A stretch of 45,713 nucleotides of DNA, the filler included, from Myxococcota bacterium (lineage in GTDB: Bacteria > Myxococcota_C > UBA6777), in assembly GCA_023150835.1 (NCBI GenBank). It is 10 parts of 10 records of this genome, joined end to end, with 100 filler letters (N's around TTAATTAATTAA, not from the genome) between each part and the next. Parts side by side here need not be neighbours in the genome. Positions count along the whole stretch, not along the records: positions 9,322 to 13,792 come from JAKLKB010000223.1; positions 13,893 to 18,158 come from JAKLKB010000224.1; positions 18,259 to 22,453 come from JAKLKB010000225.1; 7 more parts are not named here. One strand, 5' to 3'. Under the pieces are notes generated by a model. That model searched no databases, had not been told where the DNA came from, and saw only the letters and a program-made list of their open reading frames with translations. Shown in pieces: positions 9,790 through 19,690 of this stretch (position 1 is the stretch's first letter; each line of letters starts with the position of its first letter). The translations under genes were made by a program, and so were the position numbers.

Positions 9790-10683
9790 ATGAGCAACGA
9801 AAAGAATTCCCCCCCCTCAACCCACGCAGCACCGTCTCCTCCCACCACCGCGCCCCCACCTGAAAAAACCACCCCACGCTCGCTCAGCCAAAGAGAAGTC
9901 TTTGGCACCCTTAGTATGGACGCCTTGGTCTTGGATCGGCCCTTCCCTTCCTCGCCTCGCCGCCCTCTGCCTCGCTCTAGCTCCCCCTCCCTTGATGCGG
10001 CTCCTGCATCCACCACCCCCTTTTCGCCCTCGCTTGACAACGCAGATTCACCGATGGTCTCGACTTCTCCATCCCTCGAAAATGCAGACTCACCCACAAC
10101 ATGGATCACCGCATCGCTCGACCACACCAGATCACCCATGATCTCGACCTCTCCATCCCTCGACGGAACCCCTGCGATCAACACCGCGTACTCGCCTTCC
10201 CTTGACAACGTTCCTGCTTTGTACACCTCTCCATCCCTCGAATCCGCCGATGCAACCGCTCTTTCTGCTCCCAACTCTTCTTCCAGATCACTCAGCCAAC
10301 GCGAAGTCTTCGGAACCCTCAGCATGGACGCCCTCCAACTCGATCGCCCCTTCCCTCCGCCTTCTCAAAAGCGCTCTCCCCCCAAGCGCCAAGCCCCCAC
10401 ACCCCAACAACTCCACGACGCTCTCGTCTCATCCCCAACCCCCGCCCCAAAAAACGACGACGACACCGACGAACGCCCCTTTGCCTACCCTTCCACAACC
10501 TCTCAAACCTCCCTTCCTGCCGCAGATCCCAACACGCCTGCCTCAGCCTCCGATACATCCAACCCCGACGAGGCTTCTGCATCCCTCCCTCCCCAAACAC
10601 GCTCATGGCCGATATTTCTTGGGTTAGGCACGATCTTGGTTTTGCTGCTCGCCTTCTTTTTGCTGCGCGGCAGACTCTTTTAA
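9790..10683 (+). CDS. Pro/Ser-rich repeat protein with a C-terminal membrane anchor
   Basis: ATG at 9790 after GAGG. Two copies of RSLSQREVFGTLSMDAL.LDRPFP, about 7 SPSL(D/E) repeats, and C-terminal TM segment IFLGLGTILVLLLAFFLL. Confidence 0.75.
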   Translation: MSNEKNSPPSTHAAPSPPTTAPPPEKTTPRSLSQREVFGTLSMDALVLDRPFPSSPRRPLPRSSSPSLDAAPASTTPFSPSLDNADSPMVSTSPSLENADSPTTWITASLDHTRSPMISTSPSLDGTPAINTAYSPSLDNVPALYTSPSLESADATALSAPNSSSRSLSQREVFGTLSMDALQLDRPFPPPSQKRSPPKRQAPTPQQLHDALVSSPTPAPKNDDDTDERPFAYPSTTSQTSLPAADPNTPASASDTSNPDEASASLPPQTRSWPIFLGLGTILVLLLAFFLLRGRLF

Positions 10684-10819
10684 CCACGCTCGACCCAAGC
10701 AAAAACTCCCATCTGTCGGACTCACAACAACACCACAAGGGGATCGCAGTCTGTTGTGTACTCTTGCCCCCTCGTTCACCGAGAACTGGCTCTCTCCCTT
10801 TGTCACACGAACGCATTGA

Positions 10820-11070
10820 AGTATGACAAATATGTCACACTTTTGTCGCACTTTAAGCAAATAGAAAAATAGCATATAAATCAATAAGATAATCGAAAAA
10901 TCGATACGCTCTCATCGAAGAGGTGTCGATTGTGTGGTCATTTGAAGGTAAAATGTAGTATTTTTATAAGTGTTTGTTTTTATTTATATTTATCAAATAA
11001 GCCTCAATGGAACACCCCTTGCTGTGTTGCAAAAAAAACTTTCTGTTGCAAAAAAAGCACATTCGCTATA
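10820..11070. promoter_or_regulatory. AT-rich upstream region with palindrome TGACA-N4-TGTCA (10824-10837) and a TGTTGCAAAAAAA direct repeat
   Basis: Sequence motifs seen directly; a regulatory role is inferred. Confidence 0.4.
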
Positions 11071-11121
11071 CAAGGGTGTGCAGACAGAAAGGTGCGCAGA
11101 TCGCAGATCGAGGAGTGAGCC

Positions 11122-11913
11122 ATGAAGAAGATGATGAGTTTGTTGACGATGGTGACGTGCTTTGGAGCCTCGCAAGCCAAGGCACAGCCGCCCCAAAACC
11201 ACCACAACCCTCGCCCCTCCACAGCGGCATGGGTCGCCATGTTGGACAAAGGGGAAGAACTCGCCAACGCAGTGAATTCTCACCAACGACTGCAAGGCAC
11301 ACAACTGTTGCTTCGCTCGCAAAAACTCGCCCCGTCCGAATTCAAGACGCTGGTGGCTGCAAGCCGCGCAAGCATGTTGCGAGGGTTTGCCTCCTCCAAA
11401 CCCGAAGAGATGGTCCGTTGGGGAAAGCGTGGATGGGCGTATGGACGCGAGATCGTCCGACGTTGGCCAGAGCGCGCAGAAGGCTACTACTGGTCAGCGA
11501 TCCACCTCGGCTTGATCTCCAAAGGTAGCGCCCCAACCACCGTACTTTTCAACGGCTACCACACCCAGATGGAAAAGATGGCTCAGATCGGTATCCAAAA
11601 ATCGCCTGATTCTTATCTAGGCATCGGACAACGTATCCTCGGACGGTACTACTTCCGCCTTCCTTGGCCGATGCGCGACGTCAACAAGTCTTTGCGCTAT
11701 CTTCGCGTCGCTTACCGACTCGCCCCCAACGATGCGCTCGCGGTGTTCTATTATGCCGAAACACTCTGGGAACTCGGCCAGAAAGACACTGCCAAAGCTC
11801 TCTATCGTCGCTGTGCAAAGATCCCTTCCAACCGCCCCCTTGCTCATCCTGTCCAACTGCCGATGCGTGACGCCGTCCAACGCTGCCGCAAAAAACTCCA
11901 CGATCTGCGCTAA
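11122..11913 (+). CDS. Secreted TPR-like protein (TatT/RMDN-like helical repeats)
   Basis: GAGGAG RBS and signal peptide. Motifs EGYYWSAIHLG and RILGRYYFRLPWPMRDVNKSLRYLRVAYRLAP. Confidence 0.75.
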   Translation: MKKMMSLLTMVTCFGASQAKAQPPQNHHNPRPSTAAWVAMLDKGEELANAVNSHQRLQGTQLLLRSQKLAPSEFKTLVAASRASMLRGFASSKPEEMVRWGKRGWAYGREIVRRWPERAEGYYWSAIHLGLISKGSAPTTVLFNGYHTQMEKMAQIGIQKSPDSYLGIGQRILGRYYFRLPWPMRDVNKSLRYLRVAYRLAPNDALAVFYYAETLWELGQKDTAKALYRRCAKIPSNRPLAHPVQLPMRDAVQRCRKKLHDLR

Positions 11914-11978
11914 ACACCGATACACCGTGCGCTCCAACACGGCCCCAATGCCCACCGCATCACCCGAAGCAACAATGC

Positions 11979-13364
11979 TCAAGAAATTCGCGATCGCGCC
12001 CGCAGAATCGATTCTTTTACACGATGCGGAGCCGTCCCACCGTGAACATCTTTTCCTGCCAGCGTCGCTTCCAGCGACACCGCAACAAAGATATCTTCTT
12101 CAAACAACGGAGAGTACGAACGAAAGACATCCAAAGGCAGATCGCCGATCTCTTTGCCTTGTTGAAGCCCCAAGACCACGATCTGACCGACGACTTCATG
12201 CGCTTTACGAAAAGGCATCCCCTTTCGCACCAGATAGTCGGCCACTTCGGTGGCATTCAGATACCCTCGGGAGGCCGCAGCAAGCATCTTTTCACGTCGC
12301 ACCTTGAGCCCACGGATCACGATCTCCATCACCGCCAACGACTCGATCACGGTATCGACCGTGTCAAACAATGGCTCTTTGTCTTCTTGAAGATCCTTGT
12401 TGTAGCACAGCGGCAGCCCCTTTGTGACCGTCAATAACGCCATCTGATGCCCCACCACACGACCCGTTTTTCCGCGAATTAACTCCAAGGCATCAGGGTT
12501 TTTCTTTTGTGGCATCAGCGAAGAACCTGTCGACACCTTATCGCTCATCTCCACAAATCCGAACTCGTTGGACGTGTACAAGATCAGATCTTCGCTCAAT
12601 CGGCTGAGATGGATCATCACCAAAGAAGCCGCTGCAAGGGTCTCGATCACAAAGTCCCGATCGCTCACCGCGTCCATACTGTTGTAAGTGATCTCCTCGA
12701 ATCCAAGGGCTTTTGCCAACGCTCCTCGATCAATCGCGTGGTTGTTTCCCGCCAAAGCCCCCGAACCAAGGGGCAGACGGTTCGTGCGGCGGCGTGCGTC
12801 TCGAAAACGCTCCAGATCCCGCGCAAACATCTCAACATACGCCATCAAAAAATGCCCAAATAACACAGGCTGCGCCTTCTGTAGATGCGTATAGCCCGGC
12901 ATCGGCGTATCGACATTCGCTTCAGCCACATCCAACAACGCCCGTTGCAACGACACAAGCTGCGCATCGATCGCATCGATCGCTTCGCGTACAAACAGCC
13001 GTACATCCGTAGCGACCTGATCATTGCGCGAACGCCCTGTGTGTAGCTTGTGCGCAACACTACCGATCAGCTTGAACAACTCGCTTTCTACGAAGCTATG
13101 GACATCTTCGGCCCCTGCCGCCACCCCCGCTGTCAACCACGCAGCATCGGACGCCCCACGCTCCAACAACGCTCGTAATCCCTCTTGGATCTGATGCAGT
13201 TCTTGCTCGTCCAAGATCCCCGCTTCAGCGATCGCCTCGGCATAAGCCAGGCTTCCACGCACGTCCACCGAAAACAATCGCTGATCAAACGAGAACGACT
13301 CATTGTACCGCGCAAAACGAGCATCCGCTTCTTCTTGAAAACGACCGCCCCACAGCTTCGACAT
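11979..13364 (-). CDS. argH: Argininosuccinate lyase
   Basis: Motifs KLWGGRF, LHTGRSRNDQ, MPGYTHLQKAQP, GSSLMPQKKNPD and YNKDLQEDKE. Confidence 0.98.
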   Translation of the reverse strand: MSKLWGGRFQEEADARFARYNESFSFDQRLFSVDVRGSLAYAEAIAEAGILDEQELHQIQEGLRALLERGASDAAWLTAGVAAGAEDVHSFVESELFKLIGSVAHKLHTGRSRNDQVATDVRLFVREAIDAIDAQLVSLQRALLDVAEANVDTPMPGYTHLQKAQPVLFGHFLMAYVEMFARDLERFRDARRRTNRLPLGSGALAGNNHAIDRGALAKALGFEEITYNSMDAVSDRDFVIETLAAASLVMIHLSRLSEDLILYTSNEFGFVEMSDKVSTGSSLMPQKKNPDALELIRGKTGRVVGHQMALLTVTKGLPLCYNKDLQEDKEPLFDTVDTVIESLAVMEIVIRGLKVRREKMLAAASRGYLNATEVADYLVRKGMPFRKAHEVVGQIVVLGLQQGKEIGDLPLDVFRSYSPLFEEDIFVAVSLEATLAGKDVHGGTAPHRVKESILRARSRIS

Positions 13365-13892
13365 GATCAACTCCTCCCACACAGATACCCAACGCCACAA
13401 CTCGCCCTCACCATCCGTTCACATCGGATCTCACGGCACAGGCATTGCGGTATAAACAACGCGATCCACAAGGTCAAGGGTTCTTTGTCTCGATGATCTC
13501 GTGTGGCTCGCTATTTCGATCACACGCATCGACCCATACGATCTGTGATCGAAATAGCGTGCGTAGGCACCCTGTCATCGGGCAGCCACAAGGGGATGCC
13601 CCCATACGCGCCTTGTTAAGGTGGAAACCTCGTAGAGTCGGTCTTGATCGCCTTTTTTTTTCTCCCCCCCTCAATCCCCCCGTGAACGGGGGGAAGTTGG
13701 AACGGGCAGCGTCTGCGCGTCGTGCATACAGCGTGTGTCATGAAAAAACAAAATCCCCGCTGCTTCCGACTTTCGCTCCCTCCCCTGTTCACNNNNNNNN
13801 NNNNNNNNNNNNNNNNNNNNNNNNNNNNNNNNNNNNTTAATTAATTAANNNNNNNNNNNNNNNNNNNNNNNNNNNNNNNNNNNNNNNNNNNN

Positions 13893-14049
13893 AAACATTG
13901 CACATCGCACACTTTTTCCAAAAACATTGCACATCGCACACTTTTTCCAAAAACATTGCACATCGCACACTTTTTCCAAAAACATTGCACATCGCACACT
14001 TTTTCCAAAAACATTGCACATCGCACACTTTTTCCAAAAACATTGCACA
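13893..14049. repeat. 29-bp perfect tandem repeat (AAAACATTGCACATCGCACACTTTTTCCA), at least 5 copies, truncated by the contig start
   Basis: Period 29 with no spacers. Confidence 0.95.
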
Positions 14050-14317
14050 CTGCACAAGGGCGATCCCGAGCGCAACGAGCAACAAAACTTGCGCGACGGC
14101 TGCGTCACCTTGCGCGACGGCTTGGCGGCTTCGTTTTTTGGGATCGGAAACCATGCGCTTTGGAAGATTGTTTTCCCACCACAAAATGTCCTTGTATTTC
14201 ATCAGGATAGAAAACCATCTCCAAACCACACAAGCTCCAAAACAAAACACCCCTTACTCTGCTTTTTTCATCAAAAAGCGTTCTGTGCGGAAGATCGGGC
14301 TGGATGGTTCGGTTACG

Positions 14318-14415
14318 AAGGTCCAAAACCCAAAATGCAAGGTCCAAAACCCAAAATGCAAGGTCCAAAACCCAAAATGCAAGGTCCAAAACCCAAAATG
14401 CAAGGTCCAAAACCC
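14318..14415. repeat. 21-bp tandem repeat AAGGTCCAAAACCCAAAATGC, about 4.7 copies
   Basis: Read directly from the sequence. Confidence 0.95.
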
Positions 14416-14571
14416 CCGTGTTCGCGCCCGTTCACGCGGCAGAGTCGTCTGTATGGAAAACATCGGTTCACCGCGCCAATACGGGGTCAAGGGGGCGGCG
14501 ACCCCTTGCGGGGCGTGGGGCAGCGCCCCACAAAATTCCCAAAAAACAACACCAAAACAAACGCAAGCGGA

Positions 14572-17061
14572 TCATGATTCAGGAGAAGAGGTGGACAAAG
14601 GCGGGAGGTTTCGGCGAGCTTGTTCACAGGCTTGCAAAAAGCGGGATTCTGCGCGCAAGGGAAGGGTGAGGGGGCAATGTTCGAGCCAGACGACATCTTT
14701 GTAATCAGAGCGCAGAGCGGATTCGATGCACGCATAAAAAGAGTCGGTGTCGTCGAGATAGAGAGACATCTCGGCTTTGAGTCGCCAATTGGTTGCGACG
14801 ATCTGGGGCTTGTACTCGGCTTGTCGAGAGCGTTCTTCGACAAATGTTTCAAAAAAATGAGCATCGACGGTATGTTCACGCTGCATTCGACGCATGACGT
14901 AGGTCACCGAACGAACAAAGGAAGAAAGCGGCGTTGAAGGTTCAGCCTCCAACGCAGGGGCGGATTGCAGCCAGACTGGGGTTGTTCGCCAAAGGTCGAT
15001 TCGGGCGCGGGCAAATGCGCGGAACCAATAGGCTTGCGGGTCGACTTCCAAGGCCAACAAGCGATCCGCCTCTTCCCACCGCTCGGAGAGCGCATAAGCA
15101 CGCACAAGATCCCATCGCAACATCGGCGATCGAGGTTCCATCGAATAAGCGCGTTCTAACCAAGCCAGCGCCAAGTCCAAAGGGCCGATCTCCAAAAGGA
15201 TCCGACCTGCGATCTCGTAGGCTTCGGACAACAACGGAGAGAGTTCGATGGCTTTTTGGAGATGCTGGAGACTTTCGGACCATCGGCCCTCTGCAAAGAT
15301 CAACAAGGCTTGTGCAAAATACCCTTCACCCCGAGAAGGAGCGACATCAAGAGCGCGCCGAACGAGCTCCCACGCAAGACTGGTTTGTTCTTTTTCGCTT
15401 TGTGAGCGAAAAAAAGCGCGCCGAGCGTGAGCGATCGCAGCAAACGACAAAAAGAGTGGATCGTCGGGGACACGCAACAAAGCTTCGTGAAACATCTCGA
15501 TGGCTTTGTGAAAATGATCCGCCCAGTTTTGGCGCAAGAAATGGCGACCGCGTGCATACAATTCGATGGCAACGGGATCTTCTGTGGAAAGATAAGCGCG
15601 TCGTTGTGAGCGGGAGTTTAAGACGCGGGCGATCTCGTCGCTCCACGCTTCGATCGAGACAAAAAAGGTCGGCCAATCGGCTTGCGTACGCTTGGCCCAT
15701 AATTGAAAACCGTCCTGTACAGAGTGCAGCCGCAAGACGAGGCAGAGTTCGCCCGAAGGCAAAGCCTCCAAAGAGCCGTTGAGGATCGCATCCACACGCA
15801 GATGCCGTCCCAACGCCAAGATGTCCTGAGAAAGCCCAGAAGCATTTTCCACCGCGCCACGAGAACAGACCAACAAGCCCCCCGCAGAAGACAGCATATC
15901 CGCCAGATCTCCGCGCCAATTGGACTCCCACGGATCGGCTTGGACTCCATCGCCTACAACCAAGGGCAAGATGGCGATCCGCTTTGCATAGTCAGAAGGA
16001 GTCAAAGAGGTTCGGGCGCGTTCAAACAACATCGCGCTTGTGGGGCTTGCCAGTTGTCCGAGCGGATCGCCGTCTTGTTCGGAGAAAGGGCAAACAAGAA
16101 GCATCTCCGAGAGGGCTTTGACGGTAGGGAAGCGATCGCGTGGATTGTTTGCAAGGCAACGCTCGACAAGATCGCTTAACACCTCGGGGATCTCAGAAGA
16201 CAGCGTGCGCAAGGGGACGATGGTTTCGTGAAGGCGGCGATACAGCAGGTTCGCGGGGTTGTTTCCAGCCCACAGACGTTTTCCAGAAAGCATCTCGTAC
16301 ATGATCACGCCAAGAGCGTAGATATCGGCGCGATGGTCGATCGACGGATCCCCATCGATCTGCTCGGGAGCCATATAGCCCAAAGAACCGACGAGCATCC
16401 GATCTTTTGGCTTGGCGGCCTGTTGTTGTGCAAGAGTGGTTGCGATCCCAAAATCGGTTAAAACCACCCGCCCTTCCGAAGTGATCATGATGTTCGAGGG
16501 TTTGATATCGCGATGCACGACTTGGGCGCGGTGTGCGGCCTCAAGTCCTTCGCAAAGCTGTCTGATCAGCCACACGATCTGATGAATCCCTAGATTTCCC
16601 GACGTTTGCAACCATTGGGCAAGGGTATGACCTTGGATGTATTCCATCGTGAGATAAAGGGTTCCTTTGTCTTCCCCCATATCAAAGACACGGGCGACGT
16701 TGGGATGAGAGATCTTGCGAGACAGCTTGACTTCGCGTTTGAGCTGATCGATGGACAGCGGATCACCTTGATGCAGCGAGCGCAACATCTTGAGAGCAAT
16801 CCACTCATCCAAGATCTCGTCGTAGGCGCAATAAACGTCCCCCATGCCACCGCTACCCAAAAGCGAGACGATCCGAAAACGCTGTCCGATCCGCGTTGTG
16901 GGAGCAGCATTTGTGGCATCGGCAGAAAACGGCACCATGTCAAGCAGAGTGGTTTCGAGGCGTTGGGGCATCGGCTCAAAGATATCGTTGATGCGCAAAG
17001 AGGGCTGTTGTGGCAGAGACGCCCAATGGACGCGGTTGGTGTGATCGGGTGGGTAGGTCAT
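14572..17061 (-). CDS. Hanks-type Ser/Thr protein kinase with a TolB-N-like domain and C-terminal TPRs
   Basis: Motifs LGSGGMGDVY, ALK, HRDIKPSN, DFG and YMAPEQ, followed by IAILPL..VDAILNGS and TPR helices. Confidence 0.92.
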   Translation of the reverse strand: MTYPPDHTNRVHWASLPQQPSLRINDIFEPMPQRLETTLLDMVPFSADATNAAPTTRIGQRFRIVSLLGSGGMGDVYCAYDEILDEWIALKMLRSLHQGDPLSIDQLKREVKLSRKISHPNVARVFDMGEDKGTLYLTMEYIQGHTLAQWLQTSGNLGIHQIVWLIRQLCEGLEAAHRAQVVHRDIKPSNIMITSEGRVVLTDFGIATTLAQQQAAKPKDRMLVGSLGYMAPEQIDGDPSIDHRADIYALGVIMYEMLSGKRLWAGNNPANLLYRRLHETIVPLRTLSSEIPEVLSDLVERCLANNPRDRFPTVKALSEMLLVCPFSEQDGDPLGQLASPTSAMLFERARTSLTPSDYAKRIAILPLVVGDGVQADPWESNWRGDLADMLSSAGGLLVCSRGAVENASGLSQDILALGRHLRVDAILNGSLEALPSGELCLVLRLHSVQDGFQLWAKRTQADWPTFFVSIEAWSDEIARVLNSRSQRRAYLSTEDPVAIELYARGRHFLRQNWADHFHKAIEMFHEALLRVPDDPLFLSFAAIAHARRAFFRSQSEKEQTSLAWELVRRALDVAPSRGEGYFAQALLIFAEGRWSESLQHLQKAIELSPLLSEAYEIAGRILLEIGPLDLALAWLERAYSMEPRSPMLRWDLVRAYALSERWEEADRLLALEVDPQAYWFRAFARARIDLWRTTPVWLQSAPALEAEPSTPLSSFVRSVTYVMRRMQREHTVDAHFFETFVEERSRQAEYKPQIVATNWRLKAEMSLYLDDTDSFYACIESALRSDYKDVVWLEHCPLTLPLRAESRFLQACEQARRNLPPLSTSSPES

Positions 17062-17099
17062 CGATCATCCTTTGTGCGGTGGCTCAAAAATGACGATCG

Positions 17100-18158
17100 T
17101 TATTTTTTCTCTAGCTTTTCTAGCTTGATGCCCATCTTTCGAGGGGCGACGATCCGCCATGTAAAGTCGCGGGGTTGGTAGCCTTGTTTTTGGAGGCGAA
17201 GATCGAGGGTGGCGTTGGCAGCGATATCGAGGATGCAGGGGGTACGGGCGACTTTTCCACGCCCTTTGATCCAAACCTCCGCACCTGGGGGGAACGTGAG
17301 CAGATGGATGGAATAGGTATAGACGGGGCGAGAGCCGTGAGGCCCCGGCAGGACCACACGCATCGTTGGAAGCTCCGCATCTTCGGCGCGTTTGGCGATC
17401 TGAGGGACGGGTGGGAGCTGTCCTTCTGCAGAAGGCGTTGGATCGGTGGGGACGGTTTTGTTTTGGAAGAAGAAAAACCAGATACCCAACGCGATCAACA
17501 AGACGCTGACGACGCCCGCAAGCATCAACAACGGGCTTTTGGGGGAAGGCTGGGTTTGCGCAAGGAGCTGTTCGGGCGGCAGATGGTCTTGGACGGTTTG
17601 GTGGAGCGCTCTGCTTTGCTTTTCTGTGCGTAATTTTTTTGCGATATCACGGGCAAAAGCTTGATCGAGGGAAGTGGGTTCTTCTTCGACGGCGACAGGC
17701 GGGGGTTTGTGGGGAGAGGGAACACCCGCCAAGGAAGTGGACAACGTATCCATCGCAGCAGGGCGGACGTTCGCAAGATGGATGGGCGCGATCATCTCGG
17801 TGGCTGTGGGGATTTGTTGGTGCGTGAAGTCGGGTATTTGCGAAGAACTCGAAGGGCTGCGTTGTTGGAGAGCTTGGGAACCCGGGGGAAGGATCGAAGC
17901 GAGGTCGACCGAGCGTGTGGCGTCGTCGTGTTGGATGCTTTCGTCATAGAGGGAGCGCACGATCTGGGGTGTTTTGGGGTTTTTGCGAGGAGTCGTCTCG
18001 TCTTCCAACACCAGAGGCTTGGGGTTTCTGCGAGGAGTCGCCTCGTCTTCCAACACCAGAGGCTTGGGGTTTCTGCGAGGGGTGGGGGCGTCTTCTTCGT
18101 AGTCTTCTTGAGCGGAGGTTTGGGGAGAAAAAGGGATATCGCGATCAGGGAGAAGAAC
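17100..18158 (-). CDS. Membrane protein with a C-terminal PEGA domain, N-terminus missing at the contig end
   Basis: Frame open to 18158. Three 15-aa EDEATPRRNPKPLVL-type repeats, one TM helix, and PEGA motif (LTFPPGAEVWIKG...TPC...LQKQGY). Confidence 0.8.
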   Translation of the reverse strand, partial: VLLPDRDIPFSPQTSAQEDYEEDAPTPRRNPKPLVLEDEATPRRNPKPLVLEDETTPRKNPKTPQIVRSLYDESIQHDDATRSVDLASILPPGSQALQQRSPSSSSQIPDFTHQQIPTATEMIAPIHLANVRPAAMDTLSTSLAGVPSPHKPPPVAVEEEPTSLDQAFARDIAKKLRTEKQSRALHQTVQDHLPPEQLLAQTQPSPKSPLLMLAGVVSVLLIALGIWFFFFQNKTVPTDPTPSAEGQLPPVPQIAKRAEDAELPTMRVVLPGPHGSRPVYTYSIHLLTFPPGAEVWIKGRGKVARTPCILDIAANATLDLRLQKQGYQPRDFTWRIVAPRKMGIKLEKLEKK

Positions 18159-18258
18159 NNNNNNNNNNNNNNNNNNNNNNNNNNNNNNNNNNNNNNNNNN
18201 NNTTAATTAATTAANNNNNNNNNNNNNNNNNNNNNNNNNNNNNNNNNNNNNNNNNNNN

Positions 18259-18398
18259 CCGAACTGAGGCGGCATCCGAGGGTCTCTACATACTCTCTAT
18301 CGTTTACAAACAACTTGGCTTGCGCCACTTCCTCTGTTGTCGTCTGGTCAACCGGACTTGCCGAAACAAGCCCGCCCCTTTAGGGGTGGGTCATTGAC
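18259..18398 (-). ncRNA. 5' part of an OMEGA omega-RNA (HEARO-like) and end of an IscB-type IS200/IS605 element
   Basis: Minus strand reads GTCAATGACCCACCCCTAAAGGGGCGGGCTTG TTTCGG CAAGTCCGGTTGACCAG...ACCCTCGGATGCCGCCTCAGTTCGG, matching the GTCAA/hairpin/GTTGACCAG/GGATGC..CAGT pattern I recall for IscB loci. Truncated by the contig edge. Confidence 0.8.
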
Positions 18399-18489
18399 CT
18401 TCTGCAAACAAGACGTGCGGAGAGGAGCTGCGCAGCGGTGGCAAGGGAAGCGATCCCGACAAAGCAGGTCGGTGTGGTGAAGCAGGGGC

Positions 18490-18559
18490 CGAAGTCATCA
18501 GCGTCGATCTTTCCGAGAAAAACGAAGTCATCAGCGTTGATCTTTCCGAAAAAAACGAA
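18490..18559. repeat. 33-bp tandem duplication (CGAAGTCATCAGCGT(C/T)GATCTTTCCGA(G/A)AAAAA)
   Basis: Copies start at 18490 and 18523. Confidence 0.85.
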
Positions 18560-18743
18560 TCCATCGAATCGCTTTCGCGCCGATTTTAATCGGAGGATGC
18601 GAAAGGCTCGAAGGGAGCGTATGTTGTGAGGAAGATAGAAATCCGTGCGGGTGTGTTTCTCGGCTGGCTTGTCCCAATGCGCTTTGAGTGAGCCATAAAA
18701 GCCGCATCAACGCAAGTTTTTTTCGCTGCAACCTCTTTACAAC

Positions 18744-19367
18744 TTAGCGGAGGGGCGGGGCGGGTTGTTGCCGTGTGATCACGGTGAGCAAAAAGTCTGT
18801 TAATTGGCGTGCGATCTCTTGGCGGTTGGCTTGGGGATCAGGGGTGAGGATGTGCGAGATAAAGAGGCGGACCATGCTGTCGGCAGGAAGGCGGGCTGCG
18901 CGTTCGGTGATCGCAAAGTAGCGGGCCAGAAGATTGGCCATCATCTCTCGCCCAAGGTCGATTAAGAGCTCGCCTCGGCTGGATAAAAAGGGGGCCAACT
19001 CGTCGCGCTCGCTGGTCTCTTCAAAGATCGGGCTTGTTTGGACAAACGTCAGCGTCTGCAAGATCGCAAGATAAAGCGCCTCTGGAGCTTGTTCTTGTTG
19101 CTCAAACACGCGCTCAACGCGACGTGCAAGCCGCTGCCCTGAGCGGATCAAAAAGGCGCTGATCAGTGCATCCTTGGTCGGAAAATACGAATAGATCGCT
19201 TGGCGCGATAGCCCCGCGATACGAGAGACCTGTGAGACGGTCAGATGTCCCACCCCATTGATCTGCAAGGCTTCCTCCACTGCATCCAAGATCCGCTCTC
19301 GGCTTCCTTCGCTTCCACTCATCGGCTCGGGCGCTTGCTTTCGCATCGCTTGCTTTCTCTCCTGCAT
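18744..19367 (-). CDS. TetR/AcrR family transcriptional regulator
   Basis: HTH RERILDAV...LTVSQVSRIAGLSRQAIYSYFPTKDAL. Start uncertain (19322-19400). Confidence 0.92.
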   Translation of the reverse strand: MQERKQAMRKQAPEPMSGSEGSRERILDAVEEALQINGVGHLTVSQVSRIAGLSRQAIYSYFPTKDALISAFLIRSGQRLARRVERVFEQQEQAPEALYLAILQTLTFVQTSPIFEETSERDELAPFLSSRGELLIDLGREMMANLLARYFAITERAARLPADSMVRLFISHILTPDPQANRQEIARQLTDFLLTVITRQQPAPPLR

Positions 19368-19604
19368 CCTACCTTTGTTTTGCCTATATCGCTTTGCCAA
19401 ACAAGCCGATGCGTTGGCCTTCGTGGCTTGTGTCTGTGCGTTGGCTGGGTGGCTTGCTCGCAGCGTATTCTTGACGTTTTGCTTTTTTTGTCAATCTCTA
19501 CTTGACATCTCCTAGTCTTTTGTAGAGATTCTGTTTGAACGAAGATTCAGACGGATCGGATCGTTGTCCGTTCTTCAAATCCAAGGGGTCTGTTGACCCT
19601 AAAA

Positions 19605-19620
19605 ATGAATCATTATTCAT
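19605..19620. promoter_or_regulatory. Palindromic operator ATGAAT-CATT-ATTCAT upstream of the acyl-CoA dehydrogenase
   Basis: Perfect 6-bp inverted repeat in the divergent tetR/acyl-CoA dehydrogenase intergenic region. Confidence 0.6.
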
Positions 19621-19690
19621 CACCCAAATGAGAAGCGTCCGCCCCTTGGTGGACATGGGTTGGATGAGCCAACAAGTGAGGCAGAAAGCA

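Noticed and set aside
13893-14049. 29-bp repeat as a CRISPR array
   Set aside because: The units are directly adjacent with no unique spacers.
13898-14704. Repeat-rich ORFs (KCKVQNP, GPKPKMQ)
   Set aside because: Open in several frames only because the tandem repeats lack stop codons. No RBS or domain evidence.
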